From assembly GCF_963676685.1 (NCBI RefSeq), contig NC_092351.1, forward strand, positions 54,126,001-54,190,000: a stretch of 64,000 bases of DNA. Direction: 5' to 3'. This DNA comes from Mytilus edulis (taxonomy: Eukaryota). The stretch's first letter is position 1. Each line of letters begins with the position of its first letter. This document shows, piece after piece, positions 13,132 to 26,092 of this stretch. A program made the translations under genes and the position numbers. The notes beneath the pieces were generated by a model that was not told the DNA's origin, ran no database searches, and saw nothing but the letters and a program-made list of their open reading frames with translations.

Positions 13132-14720
13132 CTGATCAATAAAGAATTGAAAAAAGTTAATTCAAAAGTAAACACCAATTTAAATAAGTTAAGCGAAAGT
13201 TTCCATCTACTTATTTAAAAGTGTACCGACAATTGGAAACAGAAAAGGTGAACAGTTCTTTGTATTTAAATGTTGGGTTTTCTGATTGCTATTGTCAGAA
13301 TTGTCGTTCTTGTTTGCAGTTTATGTTTTTAAAAGTTATAATTCGTTTAAACTTTCTCTGACTTAAATCACTTGTCAATATATGATCATATCAAGTTGAC
13401 ATCTGAAGGTCTGACTGTTTCGAGTATTGAAGTGTTTGAAACCTAAGTACGGTGATATAAAACATACGTCTACTGTCAAACCTGTTAAGCTTGGAATTCA
13501 AATCTTGAGTTCTATAGTACATCAACTTCATACTATTTAGTTCACTGGAAAGCTTAGAGTGTTTCAATGTATCGCAAAACAGACCGACAATGATAATAGT
13601 TATCACTGTTCTCTTATTAAAATTACAAATACTTTAAGAAATGTATAATTTCCCTAATTATAACGATAACAATGATGTCACTTTCGTTTTTAAAGTAAAC
13701 GTCTTTCCATTCCTGATTTTCAATTCTTATACTTGATGTACTTTTTTGTAAAACAAACCAACAGTAATTAAGACGAAATGCATCTTTTCAAAGACCAGAA
13801 ATGAATCATTTAGAAATGTATTTCTTATAAATATATATAGATAATACCTCCCATTTCTTTTTATCTGTGAGTTCACCTGCACAGTGTTTATAATTTTTTT
13901 TCGTTTCGCTTGAGTACTATAAACAGGTATTTCCATTTCTATTTCCTTTAAACACAACAATACATTACACATAGTATTTAAAGGTTTACTTGAATAAATT
14001 AATACAGTTTGTAAAACCCATAATTGTGAACATTTTCCAAATTAACATACGTGTGTTGTAAACACTGGTTATTGTTATATATGTTATGCAAACCAACAGT
14101 TCATGATTAAGTAATGAATATCTATATTTGTTAAATCCATTCAAAACTAACAGCATTATTCATTCTTATACAGGTTTTTTTACGCTATGTTCTATGTTTT
14201 CTTATAGCTAGTAATTTAAGACTTCTGATGTGTTTCGCATTACTGGCTCTTTAAAACCAAATATTATTTCAGTAAAGTAACCCAATAAAACAAAAGAAGA
14301 GCGGATACATAATATGAATAACACATGAAAAGTATTTCGTTTCAATCTTTAACTTATTATTTAACAGTTCAATTCTTCTATTGAATAATAAAAAAAATAA
14401 CATTCATAAGAAAAAAAAATCTATATTAATCCATGAGGAGAATAAAGCAAATATTAAGTTATATCGGCAAAGAAGTTTTGGTTTAGTTAAATATGTTAAA
14501 TGATTTAAATGTTTAAAACAATGATACTATTTAACGTTAAAGCTATCTCAGATAAAGTTACCTGAGAAGAAATTAGTATATTCATAGTTCAAAACGGCCA
14601 TACAGCAACTCAAGTTTTCAGGTATATATACATGCTTAGATTTTAAACTTTTTTTTAGTATTCCCGATGATGGCAGATTGAAAATATCCGGTAAGACGAA
14701 TGAATTGTTCAAATATTTAT

Positions 14721-16359
14721 ATAACTAGAACGCATTCGCTACAACTGTTGCCTGTTACACCCCAAGGCTATAATAAAAAGTTTGTGATTCGGTACTGACA
14801 TAAGTAAAATATCTTTTCATTAACTCTCCTTTAAAAAACGTAAAAACTCAAAGTTTTCTACTCCCCGAGGCAAAGTTGCTTGTAGATGAATTTAGAAATT
14901 CTTTCTTTATGCATTTTGGTCATATTTCAGTCAATAATGAATCCTTGGCCTTCAAATGTTTAAGTAATACAATTACAAAAATACCAACAATGTGTTCAAT
15001 ACCTACATATAAAATATTATTTCAAATACTGCTAACAAATTTGATGATGTTTCTTTTTCTGATTTTATTCTTATAACCATGTATGACTATTTAAAAAAGC
15101 AACTTCATTGGAAATACCGATCTATTTCAATTAGAGCGTACTTGAATTCGTATAAGACAGAAATTCTGTCAAGAAATAAGTATCTTAAAACAACCGAATA
15201 CAAAAATATTCTAAAAAGGCGAGCAACGGAAGTCATTTTACAGAAAAAAAACCATATCTAGCTTCAAGCTTTTTTTAACTGATTAAATGATTGACAGGCG
15301 TACTCAACGTCTAATTTATGTTAAGCATTGTCAAGAAAATTTTACATGCTAACCATTGCATATGGATCTTCTATAAATTATTGTCTTTCAAGTATTCCGG
15401 GGCAAGTAAATCCTGACACATATGAGCTGATAATGACAATAATGTTTTAGAAATTCATAACATCTATAGGCATAAATGTCGATAGTTGAACAAAGCATTT
15501 CTTGCGGATTATTTCAATTTCAGAAATTGGTAATATATATCACACAAGTCCGTGAATCGACACATTGTTTCAGGAGAATATTTCGATAAAGAATATTCGA
15601 TGATGTGTGACACTTTACTGTATCGTTTTGTCTTATAAAAAATCGAAGCTACCAGAAAGAAAGTCCTGATATAAAGTATATGTTATTCGGGTCTCAGACA
15701 GGGTATATACTGTGACATTCCTGGCTGAGAGCGTATATCTTTTGAATAAATGTTCCGACCTAAATTGCACTTATATTACGGATTACCCCTATCTTAATGT
15801 TTTTTCAGTGCAGGTATTTGTTAAACATTCACAACGCAGCATATATATTTATTATATGTTTATTGTTTCTTAATATTTTGAGTAATCCATTTAAATGCCC
15901 ACTAAATATCCAAACAATTTTTATTCCGTTTAGAAAAAGTTTTCATAAATGTTCAGATATCATGTTTCGTGTGTGTATGTGTGTGTGGCTTTGTTTTAAT
16001 TCGGACAACTCACACCGACACACCAGAAATAATCATAGTTTTCAGATTGTTTGACCTTTAAATTAAACATATATAAAATAGCGGTAAATGATCTTACTAA
16101 TCATGATTTTAATATCTAAATTGTCGATTGGATGGTACAATGTATACGAATATTTGATGAAATGTTCTGTTATAATGCTTCAGTTTTTGTGTTTTTCGGA
16201 ATATGTGTTAACTAACCTGGCGACAATTATCCCCTATATAAAAAGAGAGCTACGGTTATATTACCAATGAGACAACTTTCCACACGAAGTGCATGTCAGC
16301 AATATAGGCTAATGTACGAACTTCAACAATAAAAAAATCCGTACTGTATAGTCTGTTAT
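14721..16359. repeat. Segmental duplication block Y, copy 1
   Basis: Colinear with 33821-35578 starting at ataactag.acgcattcgct; ends at the PLE insertion. Confidence 0.93.
15340..15655 (-). pseudogene. Degenerate cGLR TPR-region fragment
   Basis: LVASIFYKTKRYSKVSHIIEYSLSKYSPETMCRFTDLCDIYYQFLKLK* aligns with LMLASFFYKSKQYSKALHIISYSISKCSPEK of copy 2, followed by deletions and frameshifts. Confidence 0.85.
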
Positions 16360-18258
16360 ATTTTCAATTACAAACGCGTTTTGCAGAATCTCGATATTGA
16401 CGACTTCAAGTCTAAACCTCCTGATTGCACTTGTGCTAGTTCCCAATTCATATATAATCCTGCTGGCCACGTTATTACCGGTGACCTTAACATTGTTAAT
16501 AACACTTCTCTACGAAATGTGTTATCGAAAGGTCCAAAATATCGTGAGCCTAAATTCATCAATTGGAAATACAACTTTAACATTTTGATGGACTCAGTCG
16601 AGGATTATGCCAGGCAATGGGCTAAACGTGAAAAGGAAGTCGTAGACACTCTATCCGAATGGATTAAGGCAGTGAGGTTGTTAATACAAATCAGAATCAA
16701 GAAACTGAATGGGTCCATTAATGCCCATGTTACGTCAATCTTTAAAGACCCAAATGTTGCTAAACACTTATCCGACCTCCATGATAAATATGTTGTTGTC
16801 CCCGCAGACAAAGCCCCAAATAACATCGTTTTTGTCTGTTAAAGTCACTACATTAATTGCTTGATAAACGAATTAGGTATAGACAATTCACTTGGAAACT
16901 CAACATATACCCTCACGACACTTACCAAAGAGGAAATCCTGGATAATCATAGGTCTGTTCTTTGTTCATTTGGTATTTCAACCAAAGATGAAGAACTGGA
17001 TCTTCCATCACTGTATTGGATACCTAAACTACATAAGTGTCCTTACAAACAACGGTATATTGCTGGGTATTCCAAGTGCTCCACGAAACCTGTTTCTAAA
17101 TTATTAACATCTATTTTATCAGCAATCAAAGACGGGCTTCAAAGTTATTGTGAAACTGCCTATTCTAGAGGTGGCGTGAATCAGATGTGGATACTTAAAA
17201 ATTCCAAAGATCTTTTAGAGTACATACAATCTAACTCTCTTTCATCTTGTAACAGTATTAAAACATTTGACTTTTCTACTCTCTACACAAGTATTCCACA
17301 TTCCAAACTAAAAGACAAATTGAAAGAGTTGGTATTACTTTGCTTCATATAAAAGAATGGCCAACGTAGATACAAGTATCTTGTCTTAGGGAGGGATAAA
17401 TCATACTTTGTAAAGAATCACTCTGATTCAAACAAAAAATTCTCTGAAACCGATATTATCAAGATGCTTGATTTCTTGATTGACAACATATTTGTAACGT
17501 TCGGAGGACGTGTTTTTCAACAGACTGTCGGCATCCCAATCGGAACAAACTGTGCCCCTCTACTTGCCGACTTGTTTCTTTATTATTATGAGGCTAACTT
17601 CATGCAGGAACTTCTTAGGAAGAAAGATAAGAAGTTAGCAATATCCTTTAACTCTACTTTCCGCTATATAGATGACGTTCTTTCACTAAACAATTCAAAC
17701 TTTGGTGACTATGTGGAACGCATCTATCCCATCGAATTGGAGATAAAGGATACAACAGATACAGTTAAGTCGGCTTCATATCTTGATTTACATCTAGAAA
17801 TTGACAATGAGGGTCGGTTGAAAACAAAACTTTACGACAAAAGAGATGATTTCAGCTTTCCAATTGTGAACTTTCCATTTCTAAGTAGCAACATTCCAGC
17901 AGCACCTGCATACGGGGTATATATCTCCCAATTGATACGATATTCCCGTGCTTGTATTTCCTATCATGATTTTGTTGATAGAGGGTTACTGCTCATAAAG
18001 GAAGCTATTAAACCAAGAGTTCCAAATATGGTGAAGCAGAAATCATCCCTTCGTAAATTTTACGGACGCCATCACGAGTTGGTTGACCGTTATGGAATAA
18101 CCGTTTCACAAATGATATCGGATATGTTCCTTACGTCGTAACTACAATTCCCTTCCCTTTCATGAATGTGACCTACCGAATTAGACTATTTACCGGATTT
18201 GTAATCACATAAGCAACGCGACGGGTGCCACAAATGGAGCAGGATCTGCTTACCCTTA
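16360..18258 (+). mobile_element. 5'-truncated Penelope-like retroelement (Naiad-like), inactivated RT
   Basis: CxC..GHVITGDL, PADKAPNN, YWIPKLHK, FDFSTLYT, GIPIGTNCAP and RYIDD motifs. In-frame TAA stops at 16840 and 17350. The ORF ends at KFYGRHHELV with no C-terminal GIY-YIG. The 3' UTR is cut at ~18258. Confidence 0.9.
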
Positions 18259-18739
18259 TTTATCTAAAGAAACTTTAAACCACAAAAAGAAGAATACATG
18301 CTTAATTATTTTGATTAAATTTGAGATTCCCTACCTTGACATGGTGAACAATTCAATAAATGGTCAACTAATGAATTACGAAATCTAGATTATAGCTTGA
18401 TAAAAGATACAAAAACACCTTTAGAGTTGTTTGTTATACTCTAAAGACCATTAAAAAATCAAGAATCAATGTATTCTGATGAATAGAAGCGGTAAAGTTA
18501 TAATTTGTATCACTTATTGATATTTCTGCCTTTTTTGCAAGAGTTATCTCCTTTTTCAATGCAAATCTCTATAGGAATTTTAAATGGTGATTTTTTTAGT
18601 CTTCTTCAAGTTAGATTTTATGGAACTTTTTTCTGTGTATATTTGGGGTATAATGCTAAAGAATAAAACTTAAAAATCTTCTGTTGCAATTACTTTCGGG
18701 TAAGGGTCAAATTTATGCTAGATTGACTGGACTAAAAAC

Positions 18740-19380
18740 CCAACGGAATAGTTAAACATCAGAACGATTCATGGCATGCCATTAAAAAGGTTAAAGTTGC
18801 AATGAAAAGAGTATCTGCGGGACCAAAATATTTAAAAGAAAAGTCCTGGAATATAGAACTACAGGACAAGGTGGAATCAGTTGCCACAAATTTCGTTGGG
18901 CCGTTAGAAACTGTGGAGAAAATCCAAAAGAATTTAAGGATGTATTGCTAAATATTGTAGAACATTATAAAAACAATCACCAGAAATGTCATCCTGATTC
19001 ACGATGTAAACGTGATACAAACTACGAACCTACGCGGATAATTATTTCAATACCAATTTTACTTCTTCTATGTGTTAATTGGACATCTACAATTTACACC
19101 CACCCCAAGGATTATGTGTTAGCCAAAGATACATGTTATGTTGAGAGCTTTAACAATACTATGAACATGTTCCAAGATAAAATAATCGCTTTTAGTACTG
19201 AAAATTACCAAGCTGGAAGTCAGTTGGCGGTTTGTCATTGGAAAGAAAATGTTGATCGCGATTTCATATTGATCTGGGACCCAAACCGGTGAAATGCACA
19301 AAAAAGTAGCATTAGCAAAAAAAACCTATAAGTCTCCAACTTATAATCACAGACAGTGTATTTGGGCTAGGCTATGCACA
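18740..19380 (+). mobile_element. DDE transposase remnant, Kolobok-like
   Basis: HQNDSWHAIK..W..., HYKNNHQKCH, DTCYVESFNN..FQDK and LAVCHWKENVDR motifs; frameshifted. The superfamily call rests on motif recollection only. Confidence 0.6.
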
Positions 19381-20819
19381 TAAATTCATTTTATTAGAGA
19401 AAATTAAAGAAGATTTAATTTATTCTTTTGACTTTTAACCTTATACATCGCGAGTTCGAGTCTTTTTTTCTTACAAACTATAAATGTTTGTAATTATCCT
19501 TATGTCGAAGGTATCAACTGTGTAGAGGAGGATATCAAACATGAGGAGTTCATGTAGCCTATAAAACATGTATACTGCCGAACTATTTTAAGATGTTTAT
19601 ATTGATTAATTCAACTATCAATTAGAAAAAAGGATAGAGATGTGTATACGAGATTTGTTTAAACATTGGTCATGTGTGCCCTTAATCAATTGTGACTGTT
19701 AAACAAAATCGGTAAATTGGTTACCTAAATATAAATACAGTGGAGCATACAGATACGTCTTAATTCAGCACGATTTTACCCTGGTCAAGTAAAACACGTT
19801 AATTCCAAGCGATGTTGATATACGAACAGATACCATGTACCAGAACAAGTAGTAACCAGACAGCCAACACACTATTACAATGTCCGAGCATACTCCGTCC
19901 GTCTGGGTTTGTAAATTGACCATTAAACAATCGTATTGACTTTTGGTGTCTAAAAGGACAGACAAATACACAAATATTTAAAAGGACAAACATACACATT
20001 CATAATCATTACAGGTGAATATGCCAAAAAAGAATATAAGAGTTAAACCAGCGAGGTAAAAGAAAGACAATTCGCCGAATAAATGTAACTAGCGTCCGAA
20101 AATTGGTATTTAAAGGGCAGGTTTCTTATTATTTGTTTTAAAATTTACTTTCACATGTGAACATATTTACTTCTTGTATATTGCCCTTTTTAAAATAATA
20201 CTTGTACACACCCGCGAAATCGCGGGCATACACAGCTTGTAAACTGTTGTAGGATGAATTTTTGTAAAAGATATTATGACTGGAGAATTTCATATAAGGT
20301 ATCAAAAACCCTCTCTCCTTTTTCCAAGAGTCCGTTATGTGTTTCCTTCGTGTTAAATTCAATTATTTTCATGTATCTGGCGTTATACAATAATTATTCT
20401 TCCCCTTTGCTACAATGCATTTTTTGGTAAAAGTCAAATTAAGTTAAAATTTGCACCGCTTCAAACATGAAATAAATGAAACTGCTTATAGACCATTATT
20501 ATTCTAATAAAATGTGCTTCTATGACATTCCATCAGTGTTTTTTCCTTTTGAGAGCCCTATTACCATGCCGATTGTAGGATTTGAATCTCGTATAAATGA
20601 CTAAGGCTCGTTTATGGGGTGGTCTGAGGGGCCCTGGTCCCAATATACCGGGCTTAAAAATATGAAATCCCGAGGTTTGTATTTTAACGAAATTCATATC
20701 CCGACATCCTGAAATTATAAAAAAATATATTCCCTGCATCCCGTAAAGATCAATCCCGAAATCATGGGCTTAAAACACCCGATCTCGACGTCCCGAATAA
20801 GTCCTCTAATCTCTACCCT

Positions 20820-20854
20820 ACTTTCATTTCGGTCAAACCGCTACTTTCACTTTC
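20820..20854 (-). promoter_or_regulatory. Tandem ISRE pair
   Basis: ACTTTCATTTCGGT and ACTTTCACTTTC (ACCGAAATGAAAGT and GAAAGTGAAAGT on the minus strand), 9 bp apart in the same orientation. Confidence 0.55.
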
Positions 20855-21292
20855 AACAATAAATTTGTATGAAATTGTTGACCAGATCATTTTTCTTAAC
20901 AAGAATAAAATCAAAGTGACCTGCGGTAAATCATACGCTACTGATTAGAGACATTTTTAACGGTGTTTGTACACGGTTCAACACTTTGAAATTCATGGAT
21001 TATTAATTAACTCATCACAAGCCGTAAAAAAATACATTTGTTTGTTAATCAAGACTTCTATTTAAACGTGATTGGTATGAGATGTACATTTAAATTAATT
21101 TAATTACTCTGTATTTGAAACTTAAATAGTATTGTATTGTTGTACAATTTTAAAATACGTGAAAGTATTGGAGCGACACTTAAACCCAAAAGTCGAAAAT
21201 AAACTGACAGCGCCATGGCTAAAAAAAAAAGAGAGAAAATCAGATAAACGATAGTTCAAAAAAAAAAACCAACAACACAGAAGACTTAATAC

Positions 21293-22288
21293 TGTAACGA
21301 TAACCGAGCGGTCTAGATTTGGTGTTAACTATAAATATTGGAACCCTTAGTGTGTTGCTATCAGACTGGAATATATGAACTAAAGTTATAACTGGCGACT
21401 CTTCTTTGGTAACGTGGTTCTCTGGTATCGTGGTATTCGGGTAGATCTACAGTTGGTTCTGTATAGGTTTTGTGGTACGTTGTGGTATTCTGATAGATCT
21501 TAGTTTGGTTCCGTTTAGGTTTTTGTAAGAATAACAGACTCGTCGAATAAAAATCAACTTGTATTTTATACGTGCAATAAATATCAGCAATTCGTATACA
21601 TGATAAATAACTTAAGTAACAGTATTCTAGTTTAACAAATAAATACCTTACTTTATTAGAATATCGTAAAGAAAATGGATAGCGGAACTATAATACATAA
21701 ATACCTAGAAAGTTTACGAACAAGATAGTTTGGTAATCGGCAAATGGTAACGGAAATTCAATGTCAAAACTGATAACGTTTCTCTCGAGAAGTAATTCTC
21801 TAAATACAACTTGTTATGGAACTAACAAGCCAACATTATACGGAAATAGTCTGGTTATTTCTGGTTATTCAATCGCTTGGAATTAGCGTGTGTCACTTGC
21901 CCAGGGTTAAGTCGTACTGAAGCCTTTTTGGCTTACTCCACTGTATTTATACTTTGGTAAACCATTACCAAAATGGTTTAACATTTACCATTTCGGCTTA
22001 CCATTTCCGCTTACCATTTACCTAAATTTATTACCAAACCCAGAGCCGACGTCATAGAAAAATTAGGTTATGACGTCATTGGTGTACTTAAAATGAAGTA
22101 AACAATTCACAGCTGTTCCGATAGTAAAAACATGGACGTTAAGAATAATAAAAAGTTAACAATGTTTACACAAAGTTGTACAAGAAATATAAAATAAACA
22201 CAGTCATTTAACGGTAAGGTTTTAACAACAGCATCACACAATTTTAGGGAAAACAAGTTCCATTTCAAGGAACCCCCATTTTGTTACA
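21293..22288. mobile_element. Solo LTR (Gypsy-like)
   Basis: TGTAAC...GTTACA termini and a 4-bp TSD ATAC (21289-21292 and 22289-22292). Length 996 bp; splits a PLE tail repeat. Confidence 0.85.
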
Positions 22289-23134
22289 ATACTATGCAAC
22301 ACGAAAAAGCACAATTAATTTGAAGTCCAATATTGTTGTTGATAAATTAATTTACAAGTCGTTTATAAAAACAAAAAACCATCTCCTCAGGAACAGATGA
22401 TACATATATTGTCTACTCTGTCGGACTTTTTATGCACATATTTTTGACTTTATTGGAATTTGGTTCATGACTATGTACACAAACAATAATTGCTATTATG
22501 ATAGGTTATTTATAGAAACGGCGGTCGGTAATTCATTGTTTAATCGACAAAAAAAAAGAGAATCAAGCTATGTTTGTAGTACGTTTGTCTTTCGTTAATA
22601 TGTTTATGGAAGGTAATAACAAAAACACTGCATCCAACCTAAAATATAATCTTTTCAATAGACTTTTAAGATTCATTCGAGTACTCGCGAGTACTCGAGT
22701 ATCATGACTGAGTATCCAAGTATTAATTTTCAGATATTTTGACATCCCTAGTTTTAAGCGAAGTTATCCTTTGTAGTTCTTGTATATTTTTAACAAATTA
22801 ACTACAAAAGAGAAAAGGGGCATATGGAAGAGTATTATCCCTTCTTCGTTTCTGTCATTCTTTAATCTGCTCCTTATTCCATAGTCTATAACCGTCTCTG
22901 CAACCACAAAAAAAAAATTATGAAAAAGTTATGAATAGAGTTTTATTTGTTCATGATAAAAACAACTTTCAAATGGTTACAACAATCAACATTTACGATA
23001 TCCTTCTTGTACAGAATTTCTAATTTTAAGATTTGTACTTAACAAAATATCCAGTTCTAGAAAACCAAAAGATCGATTAAATCGAAATACATGCTAAATG
23101 TGTTTTACGAGTAGTTCAACTGAATGCACAAATA

Positions 23135-25098
23135 TCACAACGAGTTCATTAGTGTTAGTCTCTTTACGGAAGTATTACAACTGTAATCCGGCTCTATTTC
23201 AACTGACTGCATGAATGCTTGTCGGGCAGATTCGTTGTCTCCTAATAACTGAAAAACAATTCCAAGAATAGTGTATTTTTTAGAATGGTATAGTTTTATA
23301 TTTTCTATAAAATAGTTTTCGCTTATAACATTTTGTAAAGAGTGGAGGCAATCCTGACATTGTCTTGCATTATTGAGTTGAAAATGACACACAAACTTTA
23401 GAAAATAACCATACACTATAGAGGAAATACGATATCCTCTATTTTCCACTTCCATTTGTAGTTCGTTTGGTATCAGCCAAGAGTTATGTACAAATTTCAT
23501 ACTACCAATCAGCATTATTTTCCACAACTGTACAATACTGATATTCTGGAATAATTTCAGTTTAAGGGTTTGATAATGAATATCCGACATATCCATGAAA
23601 AATTGTAGTTTTTCGGGAGAACATTTCGATATAGAATATGAGATGATGTGTAATGCCTTACTATACTGTTTAGACTTATAGAAAAACGATGCTAACATCA
23701 GCCATCCAGAAACAGCGTCGTGATAGATATTCTGTAACAGAGTACAAATACATGATTTATACTGCTTGTATTGATGTTTATTACATGTTTTAGTACTATT
23801 CAGTGGAGCAGACTGCGCATATTGTGAACCCAACACTGACATGTAGTTTGTATAGACGTATTTAAGTGAGGAATTGTCACTGAAAACTATCTGGTGTATT
23901 ATTTTTGTGGATGTGTAAGTGTTGCATTTAGTAGAAATAAACACATCATTTGTAAACCATAATAATACGGAATGAAGTGTTTTTACCACCTCGATAGTAT
24001 GCAATGTGTGTGGTTGAATGTGATCCTTCCACATTGATTCATGAAAATTAGATAATTGATTTGAAAATAAGATACATCGCCATCTGTAACTATGCAGGGT
24101 ATACAGTTTCTCCAACAGTATTTCACGAGCACGTCCCTCTATTTTGTTCTCAAACATGTTGTTCTCTGGTATAAAGTAATGTAAGCAAACTGAATAGTCA
24201 ACAGAATATATCAGTCTGCTAAAACATCGCATAAAACAAGGTATAAGATTTTCTGGTTTCCATATTGATTGTGGTAATTCTTCTGATATCCAGAAAATGA
24301 TTGTTTTCAAAAAGTATGAACAGAGCAAATCTTCACATTCGGTGTAGGTTGCTATAACATCTTTCAAAAGAATTTTTAGGAGGGCATAACATATCAATTG
24401 AGTGTGTGTAAAAGTATTAATTAGAAATTTTTCACCAACAGAAAAGGAAATTCGCCATTCTATATCCTCTTTTGGTGATCCCTTAACTCCGATTGGTACA
24501 AAAAGTACTCCGTGTTTTATAATACTTTGTTTGACATTATAACTAGGCCATGAGTTATTTGATCTTGTTATCCATTGTGATGCTTGTGATATCCATGTCT
24601 TACAATGTAAACAAAAGGCAAGGTCAAACTTTCCTTTTTTGTCAGATAAGCATGGTCCATGTATTACAGTGCTATCTGTTTTACGCATGAGCCATTGCTT
24701 ATATAATGCGCTCGGGAAATAATGTTTGCCATTATATTCCTCAAATTCTTGACATAGAAATTGAGAATATACTTGTTCTTGTACTAGTAACTGAGTGAAA
24801 CCAGGTTTTACATCATCTGTTTCCATTAACACATAATTAACATTTGAATTGTTAGCAGCTTTAATGTCTTCATAAACCTCCATGTTTTTAATTACATACA
24901 TAATATCTAAATCACTACCTCTCATCTCAAGTCCTTCACCAAAACTCCCACTTGTGATAACGGTACGATAGGTATCGCTCTTTAATTTATCCCTGGCGGC
25001 ATTCATAAGTCTGAGATTTTTAACATAATTCTCAGATCGCACTATGTAGTGACACATATAACGATACAGTGCTAATGATATAGCTTTTGTTTCTATGT
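23135..25098 (-). CDS. cGLR (Mab-21 NTase plus TPR-like C-terminus), copy 2, large coding exon
   Basis: Uninterrupted ORF with SGSFGEGLEMRGSDLDIM, KFDLAFCL, WRISFSVGEK, SYFLKTIIFW and HYFIPENNMF. TPR-like YTILGIVFQLLGDNESARQAFMQSVEIEPD. Acceptor ttatttcag|ACATAGAA at 25098, so the ORF-track start at 25144 is probably intronic. Confidence 0.92.
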
Positions 25099-25748
25099 CT
25101 GAAATAACATGAAATATATAAATTATGAAGTAATAGGGATACATAGATCTACTATAATAAAATTGAAATTTAGCTTCAGTGAGTTGTTAAGATGACAATT
25201 TTTCATAACAACAGACGAAGAGATTTTGAAATGACTTTGTTGATTGTAATAAAATAATTGATGTCTACCATTTCAAATGTGATAGTCATACTCAACATCT
25301 CCATTTGCTCATATGTCGAAGATAAACTGAAAACACACGCACAAAAAAAATGTCCTTTTTAAACTAGTAATCGAAAACAGTTTGAATATTTCTTAGTTAA
25401 TTGTATGTCTTAATTTTCTAACCTTCCATTTCCTTTTGTCTGTTAATCTTTGATATGATTTGGTCGGGATAAATTATTTATGTAATTTTTTTTTCAGGAA
25501 TAAAAAAACACAACATTTCATTGTCCTGGTTATAATTCATAATTTAGAAAATACAGATTAGTATTTATAATATTTCAGTATCATAGTTTGATATGTATGG
25601 CTTTTTTGTTCCTTTAATTGGAGATCTAGTTTTTAAACAAATACTTCTTCTTTTAAAATTTTCCTTCCCTCCTCCCTCCCCTTAATAAAATGAGTTTGCC
25701 CCATTGTTGTTTTTATTGCTGTATGTAAGATATTTATATATTATTTAG

Positions 25749-26092
25749 GAACATTATTTTTCAACTACATTATATAACCAAGACAAATTCACTGATATGG
25801 ATTTTGTAGTTCATGGACCATGTATATCTTACACAGAAGGAACGTATGACCATGCCATATGCTTACATTGTCCAACATGGGTATCAAAAGCATCACAATG
25901 GAAAACAAGATTAAATAACTCATGGCCAAGTTATAACTATAACAAATTATTATAAAACATGGGGTACGTTTTGCACGAATCGGAGTTAAGGGATCTCCAA
26001 AAGAATGGCGATTTTTTTTTCTGTTGGTGAGAAGCTATTATAAGACACAACACAGATCGTATTCCTGAAATTTTTGACATTGTTATTTTTAA
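25749..26092 (+). pseudogene. cGLR NTase-core fragment, + orientation (duplicate of 1677-2027)
   Basis: Same VVHGPCISYTEGTYDHAICLHC...NNSWPSYNY segment inside the duplicated block, antisense to copy 2. Confidence 0.9.

Noticed and set aside
13227-13320. Phase-1 upstream coding exon for copy 1 (G|GTACAC, 95-nt intron); a similar candidate at 49802 for copy 3
   Set aside because: In-frame stops lie shortly upstream, there is no ATG, and it is not conserved among paralogs.
16840-17352. In-frame stops in the PLE RT as possible selenocysteine recoding
   Set aside because: Both are TAA at positions where Lys (AAA) is expected, not TGA, so they are ordinary nonsense mutations.
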